Shown here: positions 54,104 to 64,000 of the stretch, one piece after another
Layout: every line of letters begins with the position of its first letter
Position numbering within the stretch: position 1 is the stretch's first letter
From: Trypanosoma brucei
Lineage: Eukaryota
Assembly (NCBI GenBank): GCA_000002445.1
Contig: CP000068.1
Location: 1,056,001 to 1,120,000 of the forward strand
Direction of reading: 5' to 3'
Length of the DNA: 64,000 nucleotides
The notes under the pieces: model-generated
The model's database searches: none
Seen by the model: the letters and a program-made list of their open reading frames with translations, nothing else
Told to the model about the DNA's origin: nothing
Program-made: the position numbers and the translations under genes

Positions 54104-55042
54104 TGAGCTTTAGAAGGCAACCCCACTACGTTCTCGTCGACTAAATAAGTGCTGTAGGGCAAATTCGTTTCCGAAGCGTACTGCACTCCTCGCGGTTGAG
54201 TTTCTTTTCTGCCCAGAATGAATGTGATCACGGATAGATGATCCTTTCCGCTTCATTTTCTAGCGGTGATCCCGCCGCAGTTAAAAAAAAATGCTTTATA
54301 GCGGTTGATTGACGAGCAGCTAACAGTACCTGATCGGCGCAGATGTGAACCTTGTGTATTTGTGCCAGCACAGCGGAATGCAAATGTACTCGCATGATGT
54401 GCTGAGTGTATGCGGAGTGCACTGCATCCGTGTTTGACGTTCGTAAAAGTATTGTCACCACTGAAGTTTTCCTGCGTTCGATCCTCTGGCTACCTCTCTT
54501 TTCCTTTGCAGCATTATTACTTTCGTGCGCTTGCGAACGTTACACCCGTTACTGGACCGTCTTTTCCCTCTCTGGCTTTAGAGAGTGAACGGTCGAAGGT
54601 GATGCCATCCAAGTCAACGTGAAGTTGCGAGTATCGTGTGTGGAACCGACGTGCTTTATTTGTGAGAGGATACATCACTTTTGCGCCGCTAGCTTCACCC
54701 TGTTGTGGGCATCGGTAGCGTAGCCACTCTCGTCGTGTAGCTTCGGGAATATTAGTTGCGTCGTCGTGCTGTTTATATGTCTTGGATGTAAACATGTGCC
54801 ACCAATATTGACAATCGATGTCTTTCTAGCCGTGAGGAGCGTTTCATTGAGGGAGTCGGTTCCCACAGCGTAAAAGACCATTAAGCATTATACAGGACGA
54901 TGGAAGCTGCTCCCTAGCAGTAACAATATCAGTTTACTGTGTTTCCGCACATATATAGCTTGTTTTTGCAGTGTCAAAGGGCATGGAGTTGTTTAAGCTC
55001 TCTTATTACGTTCTACACCTCTTAAACTTTCTTCGTGCTGCA

Positions 55043-55045
<3 letters not shown>

Positions 55046-55083
<38 letters not shown>
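55046..55083. repeat. (AT)19 microsatellite, the longest in the window
   Basis: Read directly. Confidence 0.95.
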
Positions 55084-55086
<3 letters not shown>

Positions 55087-56026
55087 TCTGTGTGTCTGTG
55101 TAACAGTTGAGCTGAAGTGGTGGCTTGACTTTTTTTTTTTTGCTAACACATTGTTACCACTTTGACGCTTTGCCGTGATTTTTTTTTTTTTACCTAGAAG
55201 GGATGCGAGTAGACTCTCTGTCATTCCCTTTACTTAACGGGTTGTTTGCATTGCGCATTGGTGAAAGATCGACGGGGGGAAGCACGCTGCATATTATTGC
55301 GCTCTGTTTGCGGTCGCGTCTTTGGTGCCTACCTGCAAAAACATGTTGTAGTTGGCGCAACTTTTACGTACAAGAGGGGGAGGAGAAAGGGGCTGATATG
55401 TTGTCTACGGCCAACTGGAACTTTTGGCATATTTTCTTTTTACCACTACACAACCGAGAACAAGCGTCGACGCAATGCGTTGCTTCCCTTGACAAATGGG
55501 TGGGTTTTCTAGCTTTTCATTAATATATGTTCGTATCACCGCTTGTGGCGATCGCATTACTCCAATCGGTGGTTGTTTACTTTTCCTTGGTGAGTATATT
55601 TTATACATAAATGGGCACGCCGCGTTGGAAATGCCAGCCCCTGAAGAATATGGTGAGGTGTTGCGATAGATCTTTTAATCACCTGTATCTTTTGAATAGA
55701 TCCATCTTTGTTTTGTGTGTGTGTGCTAGTTTATCTATTACCAAGTAACCGTCTTTCGGTATTTTATTCGGTTCCTGTTCGAGATTACAGAGCGAGATCA
55801 ACCACATGGGGCGGCCGTGGATTTCAACACCTCTTTTTGTATATCTTCCCAAAGGGTTTGTCGCATCTGTTTACGTATTGTACGGTGTGGCTGTCAACGT
55901 TGTAATGTGTTACTACCTGCCTATTTATTGTCTTCCCCGTCATCGCTATTGTAGTTACTCTCATCGGCACTTGTTTCCACGGTTACAAACGTGGAGCAAG
56001 CAAAATTGAACCGATCAGCGGGTGGG

Positions 56027-59000
56027 ATGAATGCCATCCCACTCGTCCTCGTGTATGTGTTTATTGTCAGCAGCAGTTTGCCCGCACCGTTTCTTCCCGG
56101 CATTCGGACATTAACTGGAGTTGACGCCGTACGTAGTGGTTCGGTAGGTGGGAAATACTCTGCGATGCGGCTAGATAAAACCGTGTCAGTTATAGAGCGC
56201 GCGCTGATAGGGTTCCGAAAGGGACATGACATGTGCCCGTACGGGTTCGCAATGGTGGAGCGTGTTGACACCGGTGCGTTGCTCTGTGTGAATTGTTCGC
56301 AAACGCAAGCTGTTGTTGGACTTGTGCCGCACAGTAACCAGTCGCAACGGTGTGTACAATGTGGCGGTGACAACCGTATTGCTGGGTTGAGGGATGCTAC
56401 CTACGTGAAGGATACCGGGACATGCGCCTGCCCCCAAGGGTATCAAGTGGTTGAGTTCATTGGTACTGTGGTGCTTGTCGCGCAGATGTGTGCACCTTGT
56501 GCAGATGGAGATTGTAACACATGTACTTCCCCGTTAGTCAAAGATAGGAAAGGTCGCTGTGTCTGTGCTGGCGTTTATGTCCAACTCGATGACGGTTCTT
56601 GTGTTCTGCCATCGGTGCAGGTCGAGGCACGTAAGCCGGTGGAGGCTACCACGGCAACACTGTTGCCAGTGGATACAGAGGGTGGAGGAATATGGGGGCC
56701 GCCTCTGACTTGTGAAAATATTGAAGAATATTCCGCTGATGCGGCCGTGAGGTGTGAGGGTTTGGACAAAAGCGCATGCAACATGTTGGCTAACTTGTGT
56801 GTGTTTATGAATTTCGACGAGGCATCAACACCGTGCCGTTTATACGATACTCTTTTTTCGCAAAGCCCCACTAAACCCTATATGCCACCGCTTTACTACG
56901 GTAGAGATGACACTGTCGGGTCGGTCGTCTTGAACTCCTCTTCGCTTACCGGAGCACCGGCTACTCTGACATTTGTGGTTGCACGTTACGATTTGAATGG
57001 TATCTTGGTTGGAAAGAGCCTATTGTCGCGTGATTTTAAGTTATGCAACACTCCAGGCTCGATTTTCACGAACTTCTTTGTAGTTGCGTCCAACAGGGAA
57101 CTTCGATGCTCTGTTAAGTGGGAAGAATTGGAATCCGACTACTCGACTACACAGTTCTTTGAACTGTTTCTTGTTAATCCGTTTAATGTTTCTGATGATA
57201 TTCCCATTCCCCTCGTTGTGGACGACACAGACGGCGGTATATCTCCCAGTAACGCTCGAGAAGTTCACGTCTTAAGCATGATCACAGGGGGTTACAAACG
57301 CCGGTTTTACATGTATGGCAGGGGTTGTACTCGAAAAGGCAATTCGACCGAGCAGGTGCTAACCGATTATCACGTTACAACCGTGCGGCGGGTGGTTTTT
57401 GTATTCAACGTGGAGGGCCCCTCGATTCAGCGGCGGCTGAAGGCTCCTGCTGCCATTTTGCAACTAGCTTCAACAAAGTTGTATGATGATGCACCCTCCT
57501 TTTCGGCACCTTCAAATGATACCTACTTGACCAGGAGTGTTGCAGTGCTATTCACATTGGTAGACGATCCCATGGACGTAGTCGCTATGAGAGCGATGGT
57601 AACGGCTTGTGTCTTGTGTTTTTGCACAGCGTGGATGAGAACATTTGGCTGGATGCGCAGAAGACAAAACATGATACTGAATGGCGGTGCAGCCATTCGC
57701 TTCTTGGTGTATTTTTGTGACCACTCCGGGAACATGTTTGCGCTCATCACGTTGCTAGCATCATGGTACTTGTTTTTTGTGTATAAGTTTCAGGACGTTT
57801 CCGCAGTTGTTGTGATTAAGGATAAGTATGTGTGTTTTGAGGCTATGATGTACGTGTCCGCGGCGGCTAAGGGGATTGCTGTTCTTTTTGCCGTTATAGA
57901 ACAATGCAACGCCGATTACTTCGTGATAGACTGGGAAAGAAGCAAAGGCCAGCTACTGCGTGAGAACCGCGTGTTGCCCGTAAGCATGTGGCGATCTACC
58001 TTTGTCGCCAATGAATTGAATGGCCTGCAGGTGCTGCGCCAGTGGCATCCTCTTTTTACCATGGTAATGATGCTGTTCTTCCTTTCAGGCTTGAACTATG
58101 TAAGATATGCGGAAAGTGTGCCTATCGACTCTGCACCCGGTGGTGTGGGTGTGTACCAAGTTACCACGCTGCGCTTCGCGCTTGTCACATTAGTGTGTAT
58201 TATCGTATTTGTTGTGGTGCATGTTCTTGAGTTTCAGTTCTATTACCGCTTTGTTTGTGTTCACCCACTGCAGAGTTTTGTGGACCTTTGCTCTGTGTCC
58301 AATATTTCCGTATTGATATTGCCTGAAGAACAGTGGGGTTACTATATCCACGGTGAGTCTATCCACGCTCACTCGGATGTGAGCATGGAGGAATTCCAGC
58401 AAAACTTGTGCTTGGAAGCTCAAGGTGATTTGCCGGTGCGTGGTCTCGGAGGACAAAGCGAGTGCCAAACATTTGAGGTATTTATGGGTGTGCACACGCG
58501 GCAATACCTTTACGTTTGCTCGGCCAGTATTGAGGAGGAGCAACAACGGGCACTCGGTAAACCACCGAGCCCGGTGTACACTGGTAAGAAGTGGCATTTT
58601 TTGAAGTGCCTTTTCGGTGTGTCACGTAAGCCCCGCGCTTATGATTCAGGCACGCTTGCACTAAAGAAACTCATCAATGATACGCTCCGGAAGAGCATTA
58701 GACGTGCGGAGGGAACGCTGCTGTCGAAGTCTGTAATGCATGGTTCACTCGACATAGCACCAAATGTACTTTATATGAATGGTCCACAGTCGGGAGATAA
58801 GGCAGGCAAGGATGTGTTTTTTGTGGATGATGTAACGGCATACGGCAAAGCGTTTCTTTACGGTATGGACATTGATTTGTTCATATTTTACATGATGCTG
58901 TACGCATCGGTAGATGTGGCCACACACAACTTATTTTATGCATTTGCCATCACTTTTGCCGTCGAGTTTCTCCTTCGATGGTACAGAATGACTGAAGGCG

Positions 59001-59050
59001 TCGTAAATATTAGCTCTAAAACTCTTATAGACGATCGGTTCTTTATTTAA
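56027..59050 (+). CDS. Large polytopic membrane protein with signal peptide and Cys-rich ectodomain; Meckelin/TMEM67-like architecture (tentative)
   Basis: Track start 55991 is GTG. First ATG at 56027 gives MNAIPLVLVYVFIVSSSLPAP (signal peptide). An approximately 450-aa Cys-rich region follows, then at least 7 hydrophobic helices. Total about 1007 aa. Confidence 0.5.
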   Translation: MNAIPLVLVYVFIVSSSLPAPFLPGIRTLTGVDAVRSGSVGGKYSAMRLDKTVSVIERALIGFRKGHDMCPYGFAMVERVDTGALLCVNCSQTQAVVGLVPHSNQSQRCVQCGGDNRIAGLRDATYVKDTGTCACPQGYQVVEFIGTVVLVAQMCAPCADGDCNTCTSPLVKDRKGRCVCAGVYVQLDDGSCVLPSVQVEARKPVEATTATLLPVDTEGGGIWGPPLTCENIEEYSADAAVRCEGLDKSACNMLANLCVFMNFDEASTPCRLYDTLFSQSPTKPYMPPLYYGRDDTVGSVVLNSSSLTGAPATLTFVVARYDLNGILVGKSLLSRDFKLCNTPGSIFTNFFVVASNRELRCSVKWEELESDYSTTQFFELFLVNPFNVSDDIPIPLVVDDTDGGISPSNAREVHVLSMITGGYKRRFYMYGRGCTRKGNSTEQVLTDYHVTTVRRVVFVFNVEGPSIQRRLKAPAAILQLASTKLYDDAPSFSAPSNDTYLTRSVAVLFTLVDDPMDVVAMRAMVTACVLCFCTAWMRTFGWMRRRQNMILNGGAAIRFLVYFCDHSGNMFALITLLASWYLFFVYKFQDVSAVVVIKDKYVCFEAMMYVSAAAKGIAVLFAVIEQCNADYFVIDWERSKGQLLRENRVLPVSMWRSTFVANELNGLQVLRQWHPLFTMVMMLFFLSGLNYVRYAESVPIDSAPGGVGVYQVTTLRFALVTLVCIIVFVVVHVLEFQFYYRFVCVHPLQSFVDLCSVSNISVLILPEEQWGYYIHGESIHAHSDVSMEEFQQNLCLEAQGDLPVRGLGGQSECQTFEVFMGVHTRQYLYVCSASIEEEQQRALGKPPSPVYTGKKWHFLKCLFGVSRKPRAYDSGTLALKKLINDTLRKSIRRAEGTLLSKSVMHGSLDIAPNVLYMNGPQSGDKAGKDVFFVDDVTAYGKAFLYGMDIDLFIFYMMLYASVDVATHNLFYAFAITFAVEFLLRWYRMTEGVVNISSKTLIDDRFFI

Positions 59051-59570
59051 TGCTTAACCGTTTTCTTGCGTTGCCATCTCCATTGTTATTTTTTATTAGT
59101 TATTTTTTTTTTAATTTTCCTACCTCGGAGCAGCAGGATGAACAGGCCCCGTGTCTTCTCACGTCGCCACACATAAGTAAGGAAACTTATTTGTCTCTTG
59201 TTTTCAGGGATGTCCAGGTGGCAGAGTTGGAGTGTATGTCTGTTTACGCGTGGTTCTTTTTTAGTTGGAGTGCAAAATGGCTAAGGAGAGGGACAGTGAG
59301 TAATGAGATGTACAGCATTTTCAGCCGTTTCTTTACGCGGCGAGCAGTGACAGATGTTGTTCGTGCATGGTCACTCACTTTTTTCTTCTCTCTTTCGTAT
59401 TTCTGTGGTTCTGTTTTTAAGCCCACGCTGATTCCCTTCGCCGTTGAACGTGGTTAGGAAAGTGAAGGGAAGGAAGGAAAGGTGTAGTGTGGGAGGATAA
59501 TATTCACATAAGCCTCTTAAAACCGCGAAAAAAAAAAGAAACAACTTCCGAATACGACGGATATCTTATT

Positions 59571-60845
59571 ATGTCCAGGAGGTGGTCTTGCTTTATTGTA
59601 TCCATTGGTGGCCCGTTAGCGCCGTTTCGCAGCTGTTCTCACAGTTCTCAGTTCCACACGCAGAAGAAAGAGCGACTCGGCGTAGTCGACATTTCCTCGC
59701 GCAACATAAACGAAGAAATGGCGTCGAAGGTTCCACTTTTCCTTTATTTTCATGTCACAAACAATGCGGACGTCGCCTCCTACACGGAGCGGTTAGCGGG
59801 GCAGGTGGACGCCACAAACCGAAGATTGCAGAACAACAATATGGCAGAAGTGTACCAAGAGTTTGGAAAGGACCGTGGGTTGGCAATCAAGCTTGGACTC
59901 GTGGACTGCGTTAGGAATGGGTCGCTAACTCAGCAGTTCAACGTGGATCCGCACATGTTTCCCATAGTGTATTTCGTGCGGAATAAGATTTACGCGGATA
60001 AAATGGTGGGTATTGTGCCAGAATCACAAGTGAAAGAAGCAATTGATGCTTTCATCGAGTATTCGGCTCAGGAGAGCAAGAATGAAATGGAGGGAACTTC
60101 AGTCTTTCAGAAAGTTAAACGTAGTGATGAATACGACGAAAATGCCATGACGCTACTGAACGCAGCCCATACAAGGTTGAAAAATAAAGATATACCTAAA
60201 GCAAGGGAACTCTTTCAGAAGGCATACGACGTAGCAGTTACCGAGACAGATGCCGTTTGTAAACGTCTTGGTATCTCAAAGGAAAAGAAAGTGACCCCAG
60301 AGATGTGGGAGGCCCTGAAGCGTGAGGGATCTTATAATGCTAGCCCACAGGCACTTTGTGGGTTGGCCATGTGTGCTATGGCAAGTAAAGATTCAAAGGA
60401 GGCCCAACGCATTGTACTGAGAATACGGGAAGAATTCCCATTTGCTACACGTGACCTTCGTGACGTTGCGGAAGCTGTTGTCCGCATCGAGTTGCTTGTC
60501 ATCAGTGACTTTGACGTTGAGAAGGATACGTATGCCACACTCTTGACGTATGATGATCTTACTAAGGACCCCGCAGCGCTGTATCGTCAGCGTCTCAAGT
60601 TAGCCGTCGCGCACTTTGTGGAAAAACGCCACCATAAGGGCATTGAGGAGTGCCTTCGTCTCATTCGTGCCGAACCAAAGTTGCTTTCTGCGTTGAAAGA
60701 AGCTGAAATTGTACCGAAAGACACTATCCTCGGCCCAACTACAAAAACCCCGGCGCGGCAGGTTATTGTGGGGATATTTGAAGCTCTTGGAAATAGCAAC
60801 GAGCACACTATTAAGGGTCGCGAGTTGCTGCAAGCATACCTTTAG
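59571..60845 (+). CDS. Thioredoxin-like domain + TPR-like helical repeat protein (YbbN/CnoX-like architecture)
   Basis: Track start 59487 is GTG and reads through an A10 run. First ATG at 59571 (MSRRWSCFIVS...). The thioredoxin-like segment VPLFLYFHV...IVYFVRNKIYADKMVGIVPESQVKEAIDAFI is followed by helical TPR-like repeats. Confidence 0.5.
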   Translation: MSRRWSCFIVSIGGPLAPFRSCSHSSQFHTQKKERLGVVDISSRNINEEMASKVPLFLYFHVTNNADVASYTERLAGQVDATNRRLQNNNMAEVYQEFGKDRGLAIKLGLVDCVRNGSLTQQFNVDPHMFPIVYFVRNKIYADKMVGIVPESQVKEAIDAFIEYSAQESKNEMEGTSVFQKVKRSDEYDENAMTLLNAAHTRLKNKDIPKARELFQKAYDVAVTETDAVCKRLGISKEKKVTPEMWEALKREGSYNASPQALCGLAMCAMASKDSKEAQRIVLRIREEFPFATRDLRDVAEAVVRIELLVISDFDVEKDTYATLLTYDDLTKDPAALYRQRLKLAVAHFVEKRHHKGIEECLRLIRAEPKLLSALKEAEIVPKDTILGPTTKTPARQVIVGIFEALGNSNEHTIKGRELLQAYL

Positions 60846-61161
60846 CTTCACCCTGTGCCGGATTTGACGAACTTTGTGCGCACGTTTTTTCCCCCGCCAA
60901 CCCTTGCTCTCTTTCTCCCTCGGACGTGTTCTGTTTCATTCGTCTTTATAGAACGATGTGAATTGAGTGTATCATTCATGTTCGCTTGTTTCCCCTTTCT
61001 TCCTACTGTTTCTCGCTTTTCTTTACCTTTCCCCACCTCATACGCACCGAAACACCCATTGTATAGGAGGTGTGTCGTCAACTATAGGAATTATAGGGTA
61101 TCCAACAACTAGGAGAGAGAAACATAACCGTGTTTGTGTTGCAAATCGCAGACCAGATCAG

Positions 61162-61812
61162 ATGCCCATTAAATATAGTTGTGTCAATGAAGGGACAACC
61201 ATCCTAGCCGAGCACCCACAGGGTGAACTCCCTAAACTTGCGGAGTTGACGCAAAAGGTTATAGCCACAGTGCCCGGAAACGAGTATCGAAGGAAGACGG
61301 TTGAAGATAAGGATGGTGGAGTCAACTATCACTATATCAGCAACGGTGAGGGCCGCACTGTGGCGTGCGTAACAACGAATGATATGAGGATGCGAACGGT
61401 TTTTGCATTTCTTGAGGCTGTCGAGTCCGTTGTTCGGTCGAGTGCCGGTCAGTCGGGGGGCGAATTGCGCAACGGCAAGAAACTTCTTCAGCAGAAAATG
61501 GAGTTTTACAACAACCCGCAAAACGACCGTATTACGGCCTTAAACGACGACATCAATCAGGTTGTGGATGTAATGATGGACAATATGGACAAGGTACTGG
61601 CCCGTGGGGATCGTATTGACACATTACATGAAAGGTCTGCAACTCTCTCGGAGCAAGCGCAGCAGTTTCAGCGGCGTTCCACGCAGCTCAAGCGTAATAT
61701 GTGTCTGAAAAACCTTAAACTCACAATTATGATTGTCCTTACGGTAGTTGTGATCATATTCATTATCATTATCTTTATCTGCAAACCGAACTTTTCCAAC
61801 TGCAAGTCATAA
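61162..61812 (+). CDS. Longin-domain R-SNARE (VAMP7-like)
   Basis: Track start 60967 is GTG with junk N-terminus. ATG at 61162 (MPIKYSCVNEG). Longin domain. SNARE heptads KVLARGDRIDTLHERSATL with zero-layer Arg. C-terminal TM LTIMIVLTVVVIIFIIIIFIC. Confidence 0.7.
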   Translation: MPIKYSCVNEGTTILAEHPQGELPKLAELTQKVIATVPGNEYRRKTVEDKDGGVNYHYISNGEGRTVACVTTNDMRMRTVFAFLEAVESVVRSSAGQSGGELRNGKKLLQQKMEFYNNPQNDRITALNDDINQVVDVMMDNMDKVLARGDRIDTLHERSATLSEQAQQFQRRSTQLKRNMCLKNLKLTIMIVLTVVVIIFIIIIFICKPNFSNCKS

Positions 61813-63549
61813 GTCGTAGTAGGAAAGGAAATGCAGTTGAGCAACATGGGGAGAGAAAGGGTAAAAAATTCCAGATTGAAAATAGAAAATTTCAGCGCGT
61901 GTTTTTTTTTTGTGTAGTGATTGACTTTTTTTTTTTTTTCTTTCCTTTCCTTTCTTGTTTGGTTTGCATGTTTCTTCCCTTCAGTTTCCCTTCCTCCTTT
62001 CGGTTTGGGGGGAGAGAGAAGGAGCAGGGAAGAGTGATAAAGTCAAAGGAAGAGGCGGTGCTGGTACATGTGTTCCTGGGGCGAACACCAGCATGATTTT
62101 TTTTTTTGAGTAAATAAAATGTTTTTGTTGAATTTGGAGGGTCTCCTACCTCCACTGCAGTTGTCGTTGTTTGTATATCTCCTGCCTCCATGCTGTCGCC
62201 TCCACCATTTCATTTTGGTTTGCCTTGCCTTGACTGATACCACCAGATGAAGAGCGGAGGGGCAAACTCAAGGACTGGGACAGTGGCTACCGCAACCGAG
62301 CGTTTTTTTTTTTGCTACTTTCGCCTTCTACTCTCTCTCTCCTCCATTTTTTCTTTCTTTTCATTTAGGACCATTTCTACGCGATGGTTCACGGGCCCTA
62401 CGAAATTTATGCTACCCCTGTGTGACGAACCAACGACTGCGTACTGTGGCCCTCGTTGTTGTTGTCCTTGTCTCGTCATAATAATCATCATTTTCCGTTT
62501 ACTTCCTCGCATTCGTCACCGGCATCAGTATCATTAGGGGGTTTCGATTTCCCTTTTGCTTTGATGTTTTTCTTATCTTAACTGCTATTAAACGTTAAAA
62601 AAAAAATGAAAGATAATCTAATGATATTGTGACACAAGATAAGCCACAAGCAGACGAGAAAAGAGTGGAATGTTTGTCATCATTGGGAAAGCTTCATCCG
62701 TTCATTTCTTTTGGTTGCTTGAGGAAAAGAATGAAGCTGATGAAACCACCTAGATGCAGAAGGTATATATATATCTTAGGTAAGAATGAGAGGAAGACGG
62801 AATGCTCTTTCTGAGGGAAGAAAAAAAAATGAGGAAAATGTTTCTAAAAAGTTTCTTTTTACCAATTGTTGCTTTGTAGATCACCTCCTCCCCTTCGCAT
62901 GATCATACATCAAATATATGTGTATGCGTGCATGTGCGCGTGCGCCCGCAATGGAAATGCTGGCATCTTGTGTGAAATATATATTTGGCAAGCTTCCACT
63001 CTTCATGGTGGTGGGAAGGTATGTTTGAAAAATGAAGTGTAACCATTTGGTGTCCTTGCTTGCACTTGTATTTGTCGCTTTTCGTGGAGAAAAGTAAAAC
63101 GAAACAAACTGGAAAAGAACGAGGGAAGAGAGAGAAACCAAGCGATTGTGCGGTCTCGTACCGGCACCTGTACCCGTCTGCATATGTATGTTTGTGTTTG
63201 TAACCTTGCTAGCTACTGTCCGAACAACGATTATTCCTACTTGTACCTCTTTACTTTTACTTGTCGGGTCCAGTAGAGGATTATTATTATTAATTTTTTT
63301 TTTTTTTGGTGGGACGAGAGTCACGGCATACACAACAGTCACAAAGGTTCAGCAACGAGAAAGATTGAGCAGAAAGAAAGGCGACAATCCGCTGAGAACA
63401 AACTGAATTCTTTCCACCGATTTATTTGTAACTATCAGTGTTGGTGAGACGAGTTCGCATACGAAGAGGAGGAAGTGGGGAACAATTTAGCTGTATTGTG
63501 GAGGGAGAGAGGAAATATTTAGTGAAAATTTTCTTCAACCAAACGAAAG

Positions 63550-64000
63550 ATGAATTCGTGTGATAACGTCGGCTGGCGCTTCATTGAGGAGGCTGTTATT
63601 CGCGATAAAGGCTATGACGAGGAGGCTATCCTCACAGCCGTTTTGCAGTCGCACTTCATTCGTCACGGTTTTGTCAATTCACTCAAGGCGTTTACCAAAG
63701 AGTTGCGTGACCTGGAACAGAGGGGAAAGCAACACCATAGCGTATTGGGAGCCAGCGGTGTCTGCGGTAAAGCAGATGCGAATGGCGGCGAGAAAGACGG
63801 GCAGTTGCAACAAGGAGTTTTGGAGTGTGAAGGAAATAATAGTGGGGAATGGGACACGCGAAATGGTAATGACGGTTGTGCCACTGGTGCTGAATGTGTT
63901 GGGTCGGTATTGGAGGGGATGCAGGTACGCAAGTGTGTTCAGGTTCTCTGCCACAACGAGGAATATGAAAAGGCAGCCGCGCTTTTACCAAGCAGTAATG
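63550..64000 (+). CDS. LisH-motif protein, 5' part only (runs off window end)
   Basis: ATG at 63550. WRFIEEAVIRDKGYDEEAILTAVLQSHFIRHGFVNSLKAF fits the LisH motif. The frame is open to 64000. It is absent from the track for lack of a stop. A polyY tract at 61900-62010 and T-runs at 63290-63305 lie upstream. Confidence 0.55.
   Translation, partial: MNSCDNVGWRFIEEAVIRDKGYDEEAILTAVLQSHFIRHGFVNSLKAFTKELRDLEQRGKQHHSVLGASGVCGKADANGGEKDGQLQQGVLECEGNNSGEWDTRNGNDGCATGAECVGSVLEGMQVRKCVQVLCHNEEYEKAAALLPSSN

Noticed and set aside
1-64000. Prokaryotic-style defence/CRISPR/operon systems
   Set aside because: The sequence is eukaryotic (kinetoplastid) with a polycistronic Pol II architecture. No CRISPR repeats, restriction-modification, toxin-antitoxin or phage-defence signatures were seen.

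Overview
This window reads as a kinetoplastid nuclear chromosome segment, most likely Trypanosoma brucei-group. The grounds are strictly unidirectional gene arrays, (TA)n microsatellites in AT-rich intergenic DNA, polypyrimidine tracts with AG upstream of every start codon, and no introns. Two polycistronic transcription units diverge from a strand-switch region (~42.6-46.4 kb). Eighteen genes lie on the minus strand (42576 down to 1, the last running off the window edge). Seven genes lie on the plus strand (46436 up to 64000, the last running off the end).

Products I recognised:
- mitochondrial-type Fe-SOD
- mitoribosomal uL2
- SERCA-type Ca2+-ATPase (1011 aa)
- ABC1/UbiB kinase
- SUMO-E1 large subunit (UBA2)
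- eIF2A-like WD protein
- a tandem-LysM protein
- an LRR protein
- a SET-domain (LSMT/SETD6-like) methyltransferase
- SMC3
- a TGT-family (queuine tRNA-ribosyltransferase-like) protein
- a Meckelin-like polytopic membrane protein
- a thioredoxin-like+TPR protein
- a longin R-SNARE
- a LisH protein
- several lineage-restricted hypotheticals

The gene order (Fe-SOD, mito-L2, ..., SERCA, ..., UBA2, ..., SMC3) matches my unverified recollection of T. brucei chromosome 5.

One caution about the supplied ORF track. It opens many ORFs with GTG/TTG codons, shown as M. I reset those starts to the first in-frame ATG. The track also omits two ORFs that run off the window edges.

I found no prokaryotic-type systems (CRISPR, defence islands), no tRNA/rRNA genes and no retroelement. 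The most interesting signals are regulatory. They are the divergent strand-switch region with oriented G-tracts, a (GT)nG11 element and a 14-bp CACGTG inverted repeat, plus two long G-runs in transcript sense deep inside the minus unit.
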